Shown: piece by piece, positions 60,601-64,000 of the stretch | How the letters are laid out: each line of letters starts with the position of its first letter | Position numbering within the stretch: the first letter of the stretch is position 1 | Source of the DNA: Lytechinus pictus | Lineage: Eukaryota | NCBI RefSeq assembly: GCF_037042905.1 | Contig: NC_087250.1 | Location: forward strand, 21,082,001-21,146,000 | Length of the DNA: 64,000 bases | Reading direction: 5' to 3' | Made by a program: the position numbers and the translations under genes | The notes under the pieces: generated by a model | What the model saw: the letters and a program-made list of their open reading frames with translations, nothing else | What the model was told of the DNA's origin: nothing | Database searches by the model: none

Positions 60601-62520
60601 CTTTTAAGTAACAACAGTCATTTAAGACCCCCATTTTTAAAGCCATCTTCGATTTTTTTTGACATACCTGGTGTATTCTAAAAAACTATGTATACTTTTA
60701 AAAATAACAACAGTCAATTTACACTACACTTTTTAAGACATCTTGGATTTTTTAACATACAGACAACTGACTGGTCTCGTAACTTACCCTGGTGTATTAC
60801 TTGACCCTTTAAATCATGGTTTAGACACCAAACTCATATTTCCCCAGACACATATTGAATAAACTATGTCCTTTCATAAGTAACATAAGACATTCTTTAC
60901 TCTATTTTTGGAAGCCATATAGGAATTTTGGACATACTAGATCACTGACTGCCATTGTAACTTGTCCTAATCAACATCTATATATGACCCTTGAAACCAT
61001 AGTTTAGATACCGAACTCATATCTTACAGGCGGATATAAAATGAGTTTTGCCATTTTTAAGTATCAGCAGCCATTTTAGAATCAACTATTGGAAGCCAGA
61101 TTTGATTTTTGGTCATACCAGACCACTGTTTGTCCTTAAATCTTGTCCTACTGTATTATTTTGGCCCTTGAAACCAGTGGTTTAGACACCAAAATTGCAT
61201 CTCCCAGGCCGATATGAAATAAGCTATGTCCGCATTAAGTAACAGCAGCCAACTTTTAAGATCAATTTTTGGAAGCCGTCTTCGATTTTGGACATATCAG
61301 ATCACTAACTACCTTTGTAACTTATCCTAATATATTATTTGACCTTTGAAACCAGTGGTTTTTACATCAAAATCACATCTCCCAGGCCAAAACAAAGTAT
61401 TAGAAGCCATTATAGAATCAATTTTTGGAATCCATTGCGGATTCTTGCACATACCTAACCACTGACTTTCCTTGTTACTTGCATTATTTGACGCGTTTAA
61501 CCATGGTATATAGACACAAAATCATATTTTTTGGATATTGAGCAAACTATGTTGGTTTTTTAAGTAGCAACCGCAATTTTAGACTATATTTTTGGAAGCC
61601 ATCTTGGATTTTTGAACATACTGAACCACTGACTGTCCTTGTAACTTTTCCCAATGTCTTATTTAAGACACTAAAACCATTATGTCCCAGACGGATATGA
61701 AATGAACTATGTCCATTTTAGTTATCAACAGCCAATTTAAACTCCATTTTTGGAAGCCATCTTGGATTTTTTGGACAGACCAGACCACTTGCTGTCCTTG
61801 TAACTTGTTCCAATGTATAACTTCACCATTTAAACATTGAATGATAACCAAATTAAAGCCACTTAGATGAATTGCGGATTTTCAGCCTACGGCAGCCATT
61901 TTTGGCGCCATCTTGAATTTGCCAGGTACACTGGAGGGCTTATAATTCACTCTGGCCTGTATCAACAATTTTCTTACCCCTAGAAACATGGAATATGTAC
62001 CGAAATAAGATTCTAGGGTGGATAATGAGTCAACTGTATCCATTTTCAGTAAATAACGGCCATCTTGGATGCCATTTTCAAAATAACAATTTTTCTGGAT
62101 GCGGTTTCTGGTAGATTTTAGTATGTTATTCCTAAGGTCAAATAGTACAAAAAACCGTTGAAAATAATTTGTTGCAATTTGTTCCGGGTAAGGTTTTTTT
62201 GGTTTGTATATTGACCCGTCTATTAGAGACATAAATATTATAATGCGTTTTGCTTATATTTCAGATCATTCTTAATAACTCTCTGGTTCAGATCAAACCA
62301 ACAGTAAGTCGCCCATTCTGATTTTTTTTTTTTTTTTTTTTTTTTTTTGGGGGGGGGGGTTATTGTGCTTAAAAGTCCCTTTTCTTTTATTAGATTTGAA
62401 AATGTGATCAGCAATAACCTTCACAAGTGGTTGATTAAATGCAGAAGAAATTCAGTGGGAGGTTCCCCAAAAAAGGAGAAAACAAGGTTAGAAGTATGGG
62501 GTTCAACCAAAGCATGAAAT

Positions 62521-63334
62521 GAAGAGTTTAGTTGCAAAAGGGGTTAGGTCCACTTTGGACCATCCCGAGAAAAAAAAACATGTTTTTTATTCTCATATAT
62601 TGCAATATTCTTATGAGAAACTAAATTGTCATGATGTACTACCTCATCATATGAACATGAAATAGGGTATAAAAGAAATCTACCTGTCTTCAAGATTTTC
62701 TATATATTAAAAAAATATATATCATTGTGGACTTAACACAAGTAAACTGAAATGAATCCAATCTCTTTTGATTAAAATAGTGATTTTTCTTTGCCACTTT
62801 CATTCACGTTTTCATTTGAATTTCAAATTATCTATGGTATCATCAGAATAATTAAAAATATCGAGGTTTAGAGACAGAAAACAATAAAATTTATGAAAAA
62901 TGGACCTAACCCCTTTTGACAAATGAGTTCTTCAGAAGAGTTTAGTTGCAAAAGGGGTTAGGTCCACTCCAAGAAAAAAAAAATTAATTCTCCCATGTGG
63001 CAATATTCTTATGCGAAACTGAATTCTTATGATACCCTACCATGGGAACATAACATTGGGTATAAGAGAAATCTACCTGTCTTCATATCTTTTATGATAT
63101 TATTTTCCACAAAAATTATGTGTGGACCTAACCCCTTTAGCAACTAAACTGAAATAGACCTAACCCCTTTTGAAAAAAAAGTGATTTTTCTTTGCCATTT
63201 TAGTTCACTTTTTAATAGGAATTTCAACTTTTGTTTGGTATCATCTTATAGAGCTACTAAAATTCTATACATTAAGACATAAATATCAAATTTGATGAAA
63301 AATTGATCTTACCCCTTTTGCAAGTGAGCTCTTC
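62521..63334 (+). mobile_element. Sola1-like non-autonomous element (head-to-tail dimer)
   Basis: gaagagtttagttgcaaaagggg...ccccttttgcaagtgagctcttc; AAAT TSD (62517-20, 63335-38). Internal junction near 62930. Confidence 0.75.
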
Positions 63335-63519
63335 AAATGTGCACAATGTGCATTCACAATGAAACTTCCAAGTGGTCCATAAAACTGCTTAGAAAAATAA
63401 TTCCTTTATCTTTCTTTTTAATTTAATTTCACAACTTCAAATTTTGACAGTTTGTATTGACGCCTGTGATTTAATAGAGGACAAGAAACAGAAGGAGATA
63501 GAGAGAAAACTATAGATGA

Positions 63520-64000
63520 TATACATTTTCAAAATATTAGAGGGCGCTATTTGTCAAAGGAATGTCCACTGATGCGTAAAACAAAGTTGGATTATGTGCA
63601 ATGATACAAGTGGCAAACCCTAAAAATATGAAACCAAAATAAATTAAAACAAGGAAGTTTGGCAATTTTATATTTTTAGACTTCAATAGAGGGCGCTATT
63701 TATAAAGGTAATGTTAACTGATGCGTAACAAACCAGTGATTTTTGAAGGATGTTACCATAAAGAAACCCTTAAAATATAATAACAAAATGGATGAAAACG
63801 AGGAAGTTATGGCATTTTTCAAATTTGCAATTTTTCAATAGAGGGCGCTTTTTCTTAAAGGTAATGTTTAGTGATGCGTAAAAAACATGTGGATTATTAG
63901 GAATGTCACAATAAACATACCCTGAAAAAACCGCGAAATGAATGAAAACAAGGAACTTATGGCCATTTTAATATTTCTTTAGTTTGCAATAGAGGGCGCT
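63520..64000 (+). repeat. About 150-bp tandem repeat, running off the window end
   Basis: agagggcgct recurs near 63539, 63688, 63840 and 63991, followed by ...aaagg(t)aatgt...tgatgcgtaa in the first three units. Confidence 0.8.

Larger units (their letters stand above)
53185..62222. mobile_element. Foldback element with satellite-like arms (53185-55222 and 60509-62222), hosting nested insertions
   Basis: Ends ttgactggtcaatata and tatattgacccgtcta. ttacccggaacaaattgcaacaaat is present at both ends in inverted orientation. The arms are built of degenerate repeats. Confidence 0.7.

Overview
AT-rich, repeat-dense animal (non-prokaryotic) genomic DNA. The repeat types and the DEATH-NACHT-LRR gene suggest a sea urchin (echinoid), which is an inference. 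One host gene is supported: a minus-strand NLR-type innate immune receptor. Its five coding exons (26085-25782, 25287-23717, 14773-14256, 12324-12228, 6956-6909) join through GT-AG sites with matching phases into an intact ORF of about 845 aa. Nearly all other identifiable features are transposon-derived. Retroelements include a near full-length I-group (Nimb-like) LINE inserted into a Penelope-like terminal repeat, L1/Tx1 and L2 fragments, and tRNA-derived SINEs. DNA elements include Kolobok-, Sola1-, hAT-, EnSpm-, Merlin/MULE-, Helentron- and Academ-like non-autonomous copies, with giant nested foldback/satellite structures at 44-62 kb. The most notable observations are a short SINE with a 7SL RNA (Alu-domain) head at 1611-1790, two minimal hammerhead-ribozyme-like motifs, a probable P-element excision footprint next to an NLR exon, and a Helentron-borne array of perfect DR1 nuclear-receptor sites inside the NLR intron. 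Superfamily calls rest on termini and TSD patterns only; no database search was run.
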